A stretch of DNA of 64,000 nucleotides, from contig CAYNXC010000002.1 in assembly GCA_964401135.1 (NCBI GenBank), positions 16,457 through 80,456 of the forward strand. Reading direction: 5' to 3'. This document shows, in pieces, positions 33,915-42,596 of the stretch. Made by a program: the position numbers and the translations under genes. Source of the DNA: an uncultured Candidatus Saccharibacteria bacterium. GTDB taxonomy: Bacteria; Patescibacteriota; Minisyncoccia; Phycocordibacterales; UBA9988. The notes beneath the pieces are model-generated. The model saw only the letters and a list, made by a program, of their open reading frames with translations, ran no database searches and was not told the DNA's origin. The number at the start of each line of letters is the position of its first letter. Position 1 is the stretch's first letter.

Positions 33915-35225
33915 TTAGTTGGAGTCCTCTGTAAGCAGAGTAATCTTCTTATCGTTCAGCACCAATCTGCTTCTTAGATGACCCATCAGTTCACGCTTCT
34001 CAAGCGGTGTACCCTCGCGGAGTACGTATTTTGCATATTCCTTTGTCGCAATATCGTCTTCATCGATCTGCATCTTGGGCTTGCCTTTGACCGCAAGTCT
34101 CTGCAATCTATTGAATCGCTTAATTTCTTCTTCGAGCTTCATCCGCATGCCAAGCTCGTTCATGGTGAGCTTGTCGATAATCTTGAATAGTTCCTCGACG
34201 AGTTCTTCCTCGCGGATATATTTGTTCTTGCAGTTCCTGTCTCTCGCTTTCGAGCAAGAGTAGTAGACGTACTTTGCATTCGTGCCATCTTTGAGCAGTT
34301 TGTATTTCTCCTGCGCCGTGATGCCCGATCCGCACATGCCACAGGTAAATAATTTGGTGAAGGCAAACTCTCTGTTCTCGCGCACAACTTTGTCGCGCTT
34401 CAATTGCTCCTGCACTTTCTTGAATAATTCCTCGCTGATTAGCGGCTCATGTGTTCCTTGATACCAGTTGCCGCTGTTCTTTGGATACTCGAATGGTCCG
34501 TAATAAATGGGCATCTGGAGCATGCGATATACACCAGAGAGTGTGAGTGGCTTGTTACCTCGCGTATAGAAGTTAAGCTCGAAACGGAGCCAGTTGTACA
34601 CTTTTCTACCGCTCCACAAATCGTATGCCACTTTTTCAAACATCTGCTTCACGATCGGTGCACGTTGCGGATCAATAACGATACGGCATTTCTTTTCTAT
34701 CAATTTCTGGTTGAGATATCCGAGCGGCGCCATGCCCGGCCACAACCCCATCTCCACTCTCGTTCTCAAACCTCGCTTCACGTTGATGCCCCGGTTGTCG
34801 TTCTCGAGCTTCGCCTGCGATCCAAGGATCATGAGGAGGAATTTTTCATTCGGATTATTAGTAAACTTTTGTCCGTAGGTGCGTATTTCCTTGAGCTTTC
34901 CAACGTCCATAAGATCGATCACTTTGCCGAGGTCGCCTGCGTTACGGCTGATGCGATCCGGCGCCCATGTGAGGATACCGTTGTATTTGTCATCCCTAAT
35001 TTCTTCGATGATCTCGTTAAATACAGGGCGCTGGCCAGTCTCCTTGGCGGAGTGAGATTCTCGCTTCATTGTCACAACTTCCAAATTTTCTCGCTCTGCT
35101 AGCTGGAGCATCTCCTTGATCTGGGAATCGATAGAAAGCGCCTGTCGTTCCTCCGCTTCGCTCGACTTGCGGGCATACAGGCAATATCTGATTGGTTTCT
35201 GTTCCTTTACGGTTGCGTTTTCCAT
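33915..35225 (-). CDS. Large serine recombinase (integrase).
   Basis: N-terminal resolvase catalytic domain (YARKSS catalytic Ser, DRISRN), a recombinase domain, and a Cys4 zinc ribbon (CGMCGS...CSKARDRNC) with a coiled-coil tail. 436 aa. Confidence 0.85.
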   Translation of the reverse strand: MENATVKEQKPIRYCLYARKSSEAEERQALSIDSQIKEMLQLAERENLEVVTMKRESHSAKETGQRPVFNEIIEEIRDDKYNGILTWAPDRISRNAGDLGKVIDLMDVGKLKEIRTYGQKFTNNPNEKFLLMILGSQAKLENDNRGINVKRGLRTRVEMGLWPGMAPLGYLNQKLIEKKCRIVIDPQRAPIVKQMFEKVAYDLWSGRKVYNWLRFELNFYTRGNKPLTLSGVYRMLQMPIYYGPFEYPKNSGNWYQGTHEPLISEELFKKVQEQLKRDKVVRENREFAFTKLFTCGMCGSGITAQEKYKLLKDGTNAKYVYYSCSKARDRNCKNKYIREEELVEELFKIIDKLTMNELGMRMKLEEEIKRFNRLQRLAVKGKPKMQIDEDDIATKEYAKYVLREGTPLEKRELMGHLRSRLVLNDKKITLLTEDSN

Positions 35226-35349
35226 GCATACACGAACATACCGGATACGGGTACGAAGTCTAGCCGCATACGAAACACAGAGCAGAAGCGGGAGGAAGTC
35301 AACTACACAAAAATCCCGAGGGAAGCTAAGGTCTTTTAGGGGGTGAGAA

Positions 35350-35562
35350 TTAAAAACTAATGAGATTGTTCACTTTAAGCCCTAGTGCTTTGGCGATCTT
35401 CTCCATGTTGGTGAGTGTAATGTTTTTCTCGGCACGTTCAATCATACCGATGTATGTCCTGTGGACTTTAGCCAACTGCCCTAAGCGCTCTTGAGAAATA
35501 TCGCGTTTCAGTCGTTCTTCTCGGACTCTTTTGCCAAATTGTATGAGAATAGTCTTGTTCAT
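35350..35562 (-). CDS. XRE-family HTH transcriptional regulator (cI/Cro-like repressor).
   Basis: 70 aa with the HTH_3 motif (SQERLGQLAKVHRTYIGMIERAEKNITLTNMEKIAKAL). Confidence 0.8.
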   Translation of the reverse strand: MNKTILIQFGKRVREERLKRDISQERLGQLAKVHRTYIGMIERAEKNITLTNMEKIAKALGLKVNNLISF

Positions 35563-35586
35563 CTACACCGTTAAGTGTAGGAATTT

Positions 35587-35651
35587 GCTAACTTTGGTTC
35601 TATATACTATAGTTAGCATATATTCTTGAGAATTTTCATTGCAAAATTCTC
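35587..35651. promoter_or_regulatory. Two palindromic candidate operators in the divergent region between the XRE gene and the surface-protein gene.
   Basis: GCTAACT-N17-AGTTAGC at 35587..35617 and GAGAATTTT-N6-AAAATTCTC at 35628..35651. Confidence 0.4.
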
Positions 35652-35661
35652 GGGGGGGGGG
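35652..35661 (+). repeat. G10 homopolymeric tract 20 nt upstream of the ATG of the surface-protein gene.
   Basis: cGGGGGGGGGGtaaaattgagaacaatattcATG. It abuts operator palindrome 2. Confidence 0.9.
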
Positions 35662-35681
35662 TAAAATTGAGAACAATATTC

Positions 35682-36521
35682 ATGAATAAAATCTTTAAAA
35701 GACTACTCGTATTTGCGGTACTATTTGCTCTTACTTCTTCGAATGTTTTTGCTGCAACTAAAACCTGGGACTTTTCCACTTCGTCGGACTACACTTTTGA
35801 TACTACTAAAATTGAAGTCATAGGAGGACAAGCACAATTGAAAGCTACAACAACTCCTGCTTGGTATGACACCAGTTGGAAATATAGAAAGAAAATATCA
35901 ATTGACCATACAAAAATATCGTCAGATTTAACAGATTTTCCTGTTCTCGTTAATCAAACTTCTGACTCAGACTTGGCAGCCAAAGCGTTAACGTCAGGTA
36001 ACGATATATTTTTCACTTCATCTGATGGAGTTACAAAACTAAGCCACGAAATAGAGACATATGCATCAACAACAGGAGCTTTAGCTGCATGGATTAAAGT
36101 TCCTACAGTATCCTCTTCTGTAGATACTGATGTTTATATGTATTATGGTAATGCTGCAGCTTCTGCTCAAGCGAATGCAAATGGAGTATGGGATAGTAAT
36201 TCAATTGTTGTTCAACATCTTAATGCTACTACTAGCCCAGCACTAGACTCAACATCTAATGCGAATAGTGGAGTTCAGTCTGGAGGAGTTACTTTCAGTG
36301 CAACAGGCAAGATAGGTAATGCTGTGAGCATGGACGGTGTTAATGACAAACTATCCTTAACAAGTAATAGTGGCTTAAACGCAACAGGCACCCTAAGTAT
36401 TAGTGCATGGGTAAATAGAACTGCATCGGGCAAGATGAGGGTAGTTGCAAAAACAGTTACTACTGGAACAACTGACAACCCATATGATTTTGGTATAAAT
36501 ACGGATAATACACTTTATTTA
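35682..36521 (+). pseudogene. 5' fragment (about 280 codons) of a large secreted DUF2341/LamG-like surface-protein gene, interrupted by IS insertion.
   Basis: Signal peptide MNKIFKRLLVFAVLFALTSSNVFAA, a DUF2341-like WKYRKKISIDHTKISSDLTDFPVLV, and a LamG-like region. The frame runs into the IS left inverted repeat and stops 9 codons later. Confidence 0.75.
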
Positions 36522-36551
36522 AGGGAACTATATACAATGTTACCCTAAAAA

Positions 36552-37085
36552 TTAATTAGATTTTGGTTTGTCTAAATCTTCCAAAGAAAAGCCCAGGTCA
36601 GGAAAAATAAGATTTCTTAGATAAATACTCCCTGCAAAAAGAACGGTATTAATATCAACTCCAGACTGGAAAGCCCCTTGTTTGAGTGATTCTACAACAT
36701 CAGGACAATGTATTGGTAACTCCATCATTATCTCGGATATTACTTTCTCTGCATCATAAGGATTAGTCGTATTTTTACTTTGAACTAATTTTAGAAGTTC
36801 GTCTTTTTTTGCGTCAATAATTTCTTTAATTCCGCTATCATCTAAGATAGCTTGCCCTCTTGAGTTTAATTGTCGTGGAGAATTAGCAGGTGCAATTTTG
36901 TCTTTCCATAGAATATCCAGTTTAGGGAACATATCTGCCACTTTGGGTTTAATGTCTTTAATATCTTCCAGCATAAAATTTGTTCTTTCATCAATCCTCG
37001 CAATCAATTCACGAGTATTACCCAACAGGATAGCAGAAATCCAGTTACCTGCTTTTTTGGCTAAATTAAGGGCTTGTTGTTCCAT
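36552..37085 (-). CDS. Hypothetical 177-aa passenger protein of the IS element, function unknown.
   Basis: Intact ORF between IRL and the transposase gene, on the opposite strand. No motif recognised. Confidence 0.5.
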   Translation of the reverse strand: MEQQALNLAKKAGNWISAILLGNTRELIARIDERTNFMLEDIKDIKPKVADMFPKLDILWKDKIAPANSPRQLNSRGQAILDDSGIKEIIDAKKDELLKLVQSKNTTNPYDAEKVISEIMMELPIHCPDVVESLKQGAFQSGVDINTVLFAGSIYLRNLIFPDLGFSLEDLDKPKSN

Positions 37086-37197
37086 AGGATTATTACATTA
37101 CTAGTATATCAAAACGGCTGTTGCAAGTTAATACTAGTCAAAAAGTTACCCCCAATTATTACTTGACAACCCTATTGTGATCGTATAAGCTATAGGT

Positions 37198-38115
37198 ATG
37201 GATAGCCGATACAAAACCTTGGTAGAGTTCCTCGCCCACTTTAAGGATGAGGAAACCTGTCAAAAATACTTTGAGCAAATCCGCTTCTCCCAAGGCGAGT
37301 ATTGCCCTCATTGTAACCACAGTAAAATCAACCGCTTTTCAGACGGCAAACGCTTTCGCTGTGCTAAGTGCAAAAAGGACTTCACTATTAAGACCAAGAC
37401 CGTCTTTGGCGAAAGCAAAATCTCAATGCAGAAATGGTTTGTCGCAATTTACCTTTTGTCCGTCAATAAGAAAGGCATTAGCTCTATTAACCTAGCCGAG
37501 CAAGTGGGCGTTACTCAAAAGACCGCGTGGTTTATGGATCATCGTATTCGTAAAGCCTTGAAACAAAATAGCGGTCAGTTGTTTGGCACAGTAGAAATAG
37601 ACGAAACCTATATCGGCGGCAAGGAAAAGAACAAGCACGCCCACAAGCGAACCAAGCGCACCCAAGGCCGAAACACTTTGACCAAAACCCCTGTAATGGG
37701 AATGATACAGCGAGGCGGTGCAATGAAAGCCAAAGTGATAGATAATGTAAAGATGCGAACCTTGGAAAGTCTGATTATTGAAAATGTAAAAATTGGGACA
37801 CAGCTCTACACAGACGAGTTTTTGTCTTACTCCAAAATCGGCAGTCTCTTTGCTCACGAGGCCGTGTCACACGGCAAAGGCCAGTATGTAAAAGGTGATA
37901 GCCACTCCAACACCGCCGAGAGTTTTTGGGCATTGTTTAAGCGTGGCTACTACGGCACTTACCACAACATGAGTAAGAAGCATTTGCAGAAGTATGTGGA
38001 CGAGTTCGTGTATCGCTTTAACAACCGAGCCGTGGAGCTAGCCGATGTATTCACTGATGTCGTGGCGAATGTAGCGGGTAGCGAGAAGCTGGCTTATAAG
38101 ACTCTTACCGCTTAA
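37198..38115 (+). CDS. IS1595-family DDE transposase.
   Basis: N-terminal zinc ribbon (CPHCNHSKI...FRCAKCKKDF), VEIDETYIGGKEKNKH, SNTAESFWALFKRGYYGTYH and YVDEFVYRFNNR blocks characteristic of IS1595/ISXO2-like transposases. Confidence 0.85.
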   Translation: MDSRYKTLVEFLAHFKDEETCQKYFEQIRFSQGEYCPHCNHSKINRFSDGKRFRCAKCKKDFTIKTKTVFGESKISMQKWFVAIYLLSVNKKGISSINLAEQVGVTQKTAWFMDHRIRKALKQNSGQLFGTVEIDETYIGGKEKNKHAHKRTKRTQGRNTLTKTPVMGMIQRGGAMKAKVIDNVKMRTLESLIIENVKIGTQLYTDEFLSYSKIGSLFAHEAVSHGKGQYVKGDSHSNTAESFWALFKRGYYGTYHNMSKKHLQKYVDEFVYRFNNRAVELADVFTDVVANVAGSEKLAYKTLTA

Positions 38116-38116
38116 T

Positions 38117-39025
38117 ATGTCCCCACGAGAACGCAAATATCACGAGGGGTTAGGGGTAGACTTTAATCAAGCTCTTGTCTCTATTGCTGGTGAGAACCGA
38201 ACCGAGCGGAGTATCGCCGCCCGACCATTTCTAAAGTGGGTCGGTGGCAAGCGGTCAATCCTGCCAGAGCTTCTAAAGCGGTTGCCGACCAAGTATGACG
38301 CTTACCATGAGCTGTTTCTAGGCGGTGGTGCGTTGTACTTCGCCGTCCAGCCAGAGGAGGCTTATCTGTCTGATGTAAACTTCCACCTCATCCTTACTTT
38401 CAAGGCGGTGCGAGATGATCTGGACAGCTTAATCCGTCAGTTAAAAATCCACGAACGATTACACAACAAGGAATACTATCTCAAAGCTCGCCAGAAGCTC
38501 TTTAAGGAAAAGGACACCACCAAACTGGCGGCTCTCTTTATCTACCTCAATAAAACTTGCTTCAATGGTCTTTACCGAGTAAACAAGGGGGGTGGCTTCA
38601 ATGTCCCGATGGGCGACTACAAAGACCCAAACATTTTAGACGAGGAAAATCTGCGTAATGCTTCAAAGGTTTTAGCGACCGCCGAGATTAAACAGCACGG
38701 CTTTGAGCATACCAAAATCTACAAAGGCGACTTCTACTATCTTGACCCGCCCTATCACGAAACCTATAGCGGTTATGATGGCTCTGGCTTTGGCGATGAA
38801 CACCACCGCAAGCTCGCCGAGTTCTGCAAACAGATAGACCAAAAGGGCAGTTACTTTATGCTCTCCAACAGCGACACGCCATTTGTCAGAGAGTTATATA
38901 AGGGCTATACTATTGAGCAAGTAGAGGCTTCACGAAATGTCTCTTGCAAAGCCCACCAGCGAGGCAAAGAAAATGAGCTTATCATCCGAAACTACACCAA
39001 TAACGGGGGGCGGACAAGCCAATAA
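38117..39025 (+). CDS. Dam-family N6-adenine DNA methyltransferase (alpha class).
   Basis: FLKWVGGKRSILPELL (SAM-binding motif I) and YYLDPPY (motif IV). About 300 aa. Confidence 0.85.
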   Translation: MSPRERKYHEGLGVDFNQALVSIAGENRTERSIAARPFLKWVGGKRSILPELLKRLPTKYDAYHELFLGGGALYFAVQPEEAYLSDVNFHLILTFKAVRDDLDSLIRQLKIHERLHNKEYYLKARQKLFKEKDTTKLAALFIYLNKTCFNGLYRVNKGGGFNVPMGDYKDPNILDEENLRNASKVLATAEIKQHGFEHTKIYKGDFYYLDPPYHETYSGYDGSGFGDEHHRKLAEFCKQIDQKGSYFMLSNSDTPFVRELYKGYTIEQVEASRNVSCKAHQRGKENELIIRNYTNNGGRTSQ

Positions 39026-39473
39026 AACGGGCAGTGTTTTAGAGCTATTTATCAAGCGACTTTTAGAGGACAACGGCTACACCGCCTTTCCTAACCACAA
39101 AGCCCAGCTATTCGCCAATCGTAAAACTGTCGGTGGTAAGCAATACTCTACCCAAGTTCCTTGTGGTACGAGTATCTACGAAACCCAGCGTAAATGCGAC
39201 TTCTTGATCATGAACCAAGACAAGTTCCCCGATGGACTGGTGATTGAGTGCAAGTGGCAACAGTCTACTGGCTCGGTAGACGAGAAGTACCCTTTTACCT
39301 TGTTTAACATCATCAAGATCGGCGTGCCAACCATCATTCTGCTGGACGGCAACGGCTACAAAAAGGCGGCGATGAAGTGGTTAAAAGACCAAGTGAACCC
39401 ACAGAGAGCCTTAATCGGCGTTTACAATATGGCCGAGTTTCAAGCTATGGTAAATAAGGGGTTTTTAGGTTAG
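38937..39473 (+). CDS. Short PD-(D/E)XK nuclease, the putative restriction endonuclease partner of the Dam methylase.
   Basis: CDFLIM...GLVIECKWQ gives a D...ExK core. It overlaps the 3' end of the methylase gene (possible true start M13 at 38973), and its stop is inside the IRR. Confidence 0.55.
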   Translation: MSLAKPTSEAKKMSLSSETTPITGGGQANKTGSVLELFIKRLLEDNGYTAFPNHKAQLFANRKTVGGKQYSTQVPCGTSIYETQRKCDFLIMNQDKFPDGLVIECKWQQSTGSVDEKYPFTLFNIIKIGVPTIILLDGNGYKKAAMKWLKDQVNPQRALIGVYNMAEFQAMVNKGFLG

Positions 39474-39490
39474 GGTAACTTTGTATATAA

Positions 39491-42190
39491 TTCCCTTATT
39501 TAAATCGTGCAGATTCAAGTGTTGTAAATTTTCTATCAAGTTCAACAACTGTACCGACAAATTCATGGACAAAAATTGAAGTAATTGATGACACTGTCGT
39601 TAAAAGTGCTTTCAACAGCGTCTCAAAATTAGTCACCCTAGCGACATCTACAAGAGCGTGGCAGGGGGTAGCAAGTGATGGGACTTATATCTATGCAATT
39701 GGACAAAATGCTATTTCGCAGTTTGATATGCAAGGTAATTTTATAAAAGAAAAGAATAATGTATACAGTGGTTTTACTGGTGGCAACATCCTAGGTAATG
39801 GAACAGTAATTAATGGAAAGTTATATGTCGGGGCATATAATGCGAATACTTTAGGAGCGTCAACAAATCCTAATTACACTCCGTTATCAGATCTTCAATC
39901 AAAAATTGCTGTCTTTAGCCTATCTGATTTTTCATTAATTGAAGATTTTAACCTTGGTACTCAAGTAAAAATTGCTGAGGGTGTTGATTATCACAATGGT
40001 TACTTTTGGGTAGTTGATGGATGGTTTGATACTTTCGTCGTAAAAAAATACGATACTAGTTTTAATTTAGTCTCTACGTATAGCTTGCCTGTAGCAAATG
40101 CTTTCGCTGGAGAATTAACATACCAAAATATTAATTGGTATGGGAATGACATTTTTGTTAATTGGCATGGCTCAAATTCTTTTGGACAAACCTATGCTTA
40201 TGGGTTGGATCATTATTCTTTTGACGGAACAAATTTTAATTTTGTAGAACGATTAAGACCAGTAACATATGGTGCAGGTCAAGGTATTGCAATTGTCGGA
40301 AATACGTTTTATTGGGCAGATAGACCTGGAAATGCGATCTACAAATCAACATATGTTGGAGCTGGAAATGGTGATGATGGTATTGATCCATCACATACAA
40401 AATTTTTCATAAATGGAGTTGGTGAGCTTGCTCATGTAAGTACTGGCTCTCTCACTGTGCTTTCACCTACAAGTAATACCAGTCCAACGGTTATTGGAAC
40501 TAGGGGCGATTCAAGTAGTTTTTATAAAGGTGTCATAGATGAAGTTCGAATTTCAAATGCGGCAAGATCAGATGCATGGGTCTCGGCAAGTTACGCCAAT
40601 GAAAACTCACCAAGTACATTCTATTCGATGGGTTCGGAACAAAAAAATTATGCAGCTACTAACCCGACTGTTAATCCCACATCATTAAATGCGCAAGCCT
40701 TCTCATCCCTGTCAGGCTTTTCAGCAGTTGAAGTAAGTAATGGAGGAAATATAAAGTATCAAGTTTCAAATGATGGAGGAACCACATGGTATTGGTACAA
40801 CTCTGGCTGGAATACAACAACTTCAGGATACTCTGAGACAAATGCATCTTCAACTATAAATACAAATATCGCTTCTTTACCTGTAGGAAGTGGATCATAC
40901 TTATTTAAAGCATATTTAAATTCTGATGGAACGCAGCAACCTCAGATAGACAGTGTGGTGCTCACATACTCTGCGCCACTTGATATTACAGCTCCTATTA
41001 TATCTGCGATAGCGTCTTCTACATCCCAAACTTCAGCAACTATTACCTGGACGACCGATGAATCAGCCACATCAACGGTAAATTATGGTCTTAACACTTC
41101 ATACGGTACAGCGTCATCCTCATCATCTCTCGTTACCTCTCATTCGATATCCTTGTCAGGATTAACCGCATCAACCGCATACCATTTCCAAGTAGCATCA
41201 GCTGACGCTTCTGGAAACGTTGCAACTTCTTCAGACTATACATTCACCACAACAGCAGTGCCTGACACAACGCCTCCGGTCATTTCATCAATTTCTTCCG
41301 GTTCACTTTCAACTTCAGGAACAACTATAACTTGGACCACTGATGAAGCTGCGGATTCCCAAGTTAACTACGGCACAAGTGCCTCATATGGATCACAGAC
41401 GACCCTTGATTCAACACTAGTGACGAGTCACTCCATTGTAATTTCAGGTCTTTCTGCAGGAACGACGTATCACTACCAAGTAGTGTCAAAAGATGCTTCT
41501 GGAAACACAGCTACATCTTCTGACCAAACCTTTACCACTTCAGCACAGCCTTCGAGCGGGGGTTCATCAAGCGGATCATATTCCGGAGGAGGCTCAATCC
41601 TTATCCAACCTTCTGTGCCGGGCTGTCCTACAGGATTCAATTGTGTAGTAAATCCAACCCCTACCATTTTACCAAATACTTTTACTCGTGATCTCACCAT
41701 AAAAAGTACTGGTAGTGATGTGAAGGTATTGCAGCAGTTCCTGATCGCTAAAGGCTTTCTTGCGAGCGGCAATGACACGGGATACTTTGGTCCTCTGACG
41801 CAAGCTGCTCTCGCGCAATACCAGCTTTCGATGGGTATTAAACCATCGGTTGGATATTTCGGCTCACTTACTCGTGCAGTCATTGCTGTCTCGCAGAACA
41901 TATCACCTACTACTCCATCAATATCAACAAATCCGACGGTACTTCCAAGCACGTTTACTCGAGATCTGTATTTCGGCATGAGTGGAGACGATGTAAAACT
42001 CTTGCAAAAGTTCCTTAATGACCATCAATTTATAGTCAGCCAAACTGGCGCAGGATCTCCAGGACTTGAATCAAATTATTTCGGCCCAGCCACCCGAGAC
42101 GCCCTTATTCGTTTTCAGACTTACAATCACATAGTCCCTGCAGTAGGGTATTTTGGTTCGCTTACACGCCAATTCGTAAATGGTCAGTAG
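39491..42190 (+). pseudogene. 3' portion (about 896 codons) of the IS-interrupted surface-protein gene, with two FN3-like domains and two peptidoglycan-binding (PG_binding_1-like) domains.
   Basis: The frame is open from 39491, immediately after the IRR. ITWTTDESATSTVNYG...AYHFQVASADASGN occurs twice (FN3/PAP-N-like), and GSDVKVLQQFL...YFGPLTQAAL occurs twice (PG-binding). The track ORF starts at an internal ATG, 39728. Confidence 0.75.
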
Positions 42191-42233
42191 GAGTGGATAA
42201 CCCGACTACACAAATCTAAAGAAGGAAGCTAAG

Positions 42234-42596
42234 TTACTTACGTTCGTCCTCAGGCCATGGCTTTGGGCCGAACATCTCGTCGATCTTCTTGATCTCGTCT
42301 TCTGTAAGTTCGCGCTTCGGAGGCCGTTCCGGTACTGGGTCTCCTTTGTACTTCGGCGGCTTTCCGTCCATATGCTCCCAGATGAGCTTGATCATCCGAT
42401 GATCGCCGTCCAGTGCCATCCTTATGATTTTCTCAACCAACGCATCTGCAATAGTCTTGTCTTTATCACTCACAATCCTTTTACTGAGTATCTCTTGGAA
42501 TTGGCTCGTTAGTGTTTTGCCCGGAGGCCTTCCGTTCAAGTTTCTTCTCGGGTCGAATCCGCTTTGGAATGGCTTGAGGTTATTGATGTTGCCCAT
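42234..42596 (-). CDS. Small basic protein with an N-terminal LKPFQSGFDPRRNLNGRP motif (DUF5681-like / AT-hook-like). Tandem paralogue 1.
   Basis: Start placed at MGNINNLKPF by alignment with the neighbouring paralogue. Confidence 0.5.
   Translation of the reverse strand: MGNINNLKPFQSGFDPRRNLNGRPPGKTLTSQFQEILSKRIVSDKDKTIADALVEKIIRMALDGDHRMIKLIWEHMDGKPPKYKGDPVPERPPKRELTEDEIKKIDEMFGPKPWPEDERK

Larger units (their letters stand above)
36522..39496 (+). mobile_element. IS1595-family composite insertion element (2,975 bp) with passenger genes: an unknown ORF, the transposase, a Dam methyltransferase and a PD-(D/E)XK nuclease.
   Basis: 27-bp imperfect terminal inverted repeats (IRL AGGGAACTATATACAATGTTACCCTAA at 36522..36548, IRR TTAGGGTAACTTTGTATATAATTCCCT at 39470..39496, 25/27 complementary). 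Flanked by a 6-bp direct repeat TATTTA (36516..36521 and 39497..39502). Deleting the element plus one repeat copy fuses the host ORF in-frame. Confidence 0.8.
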
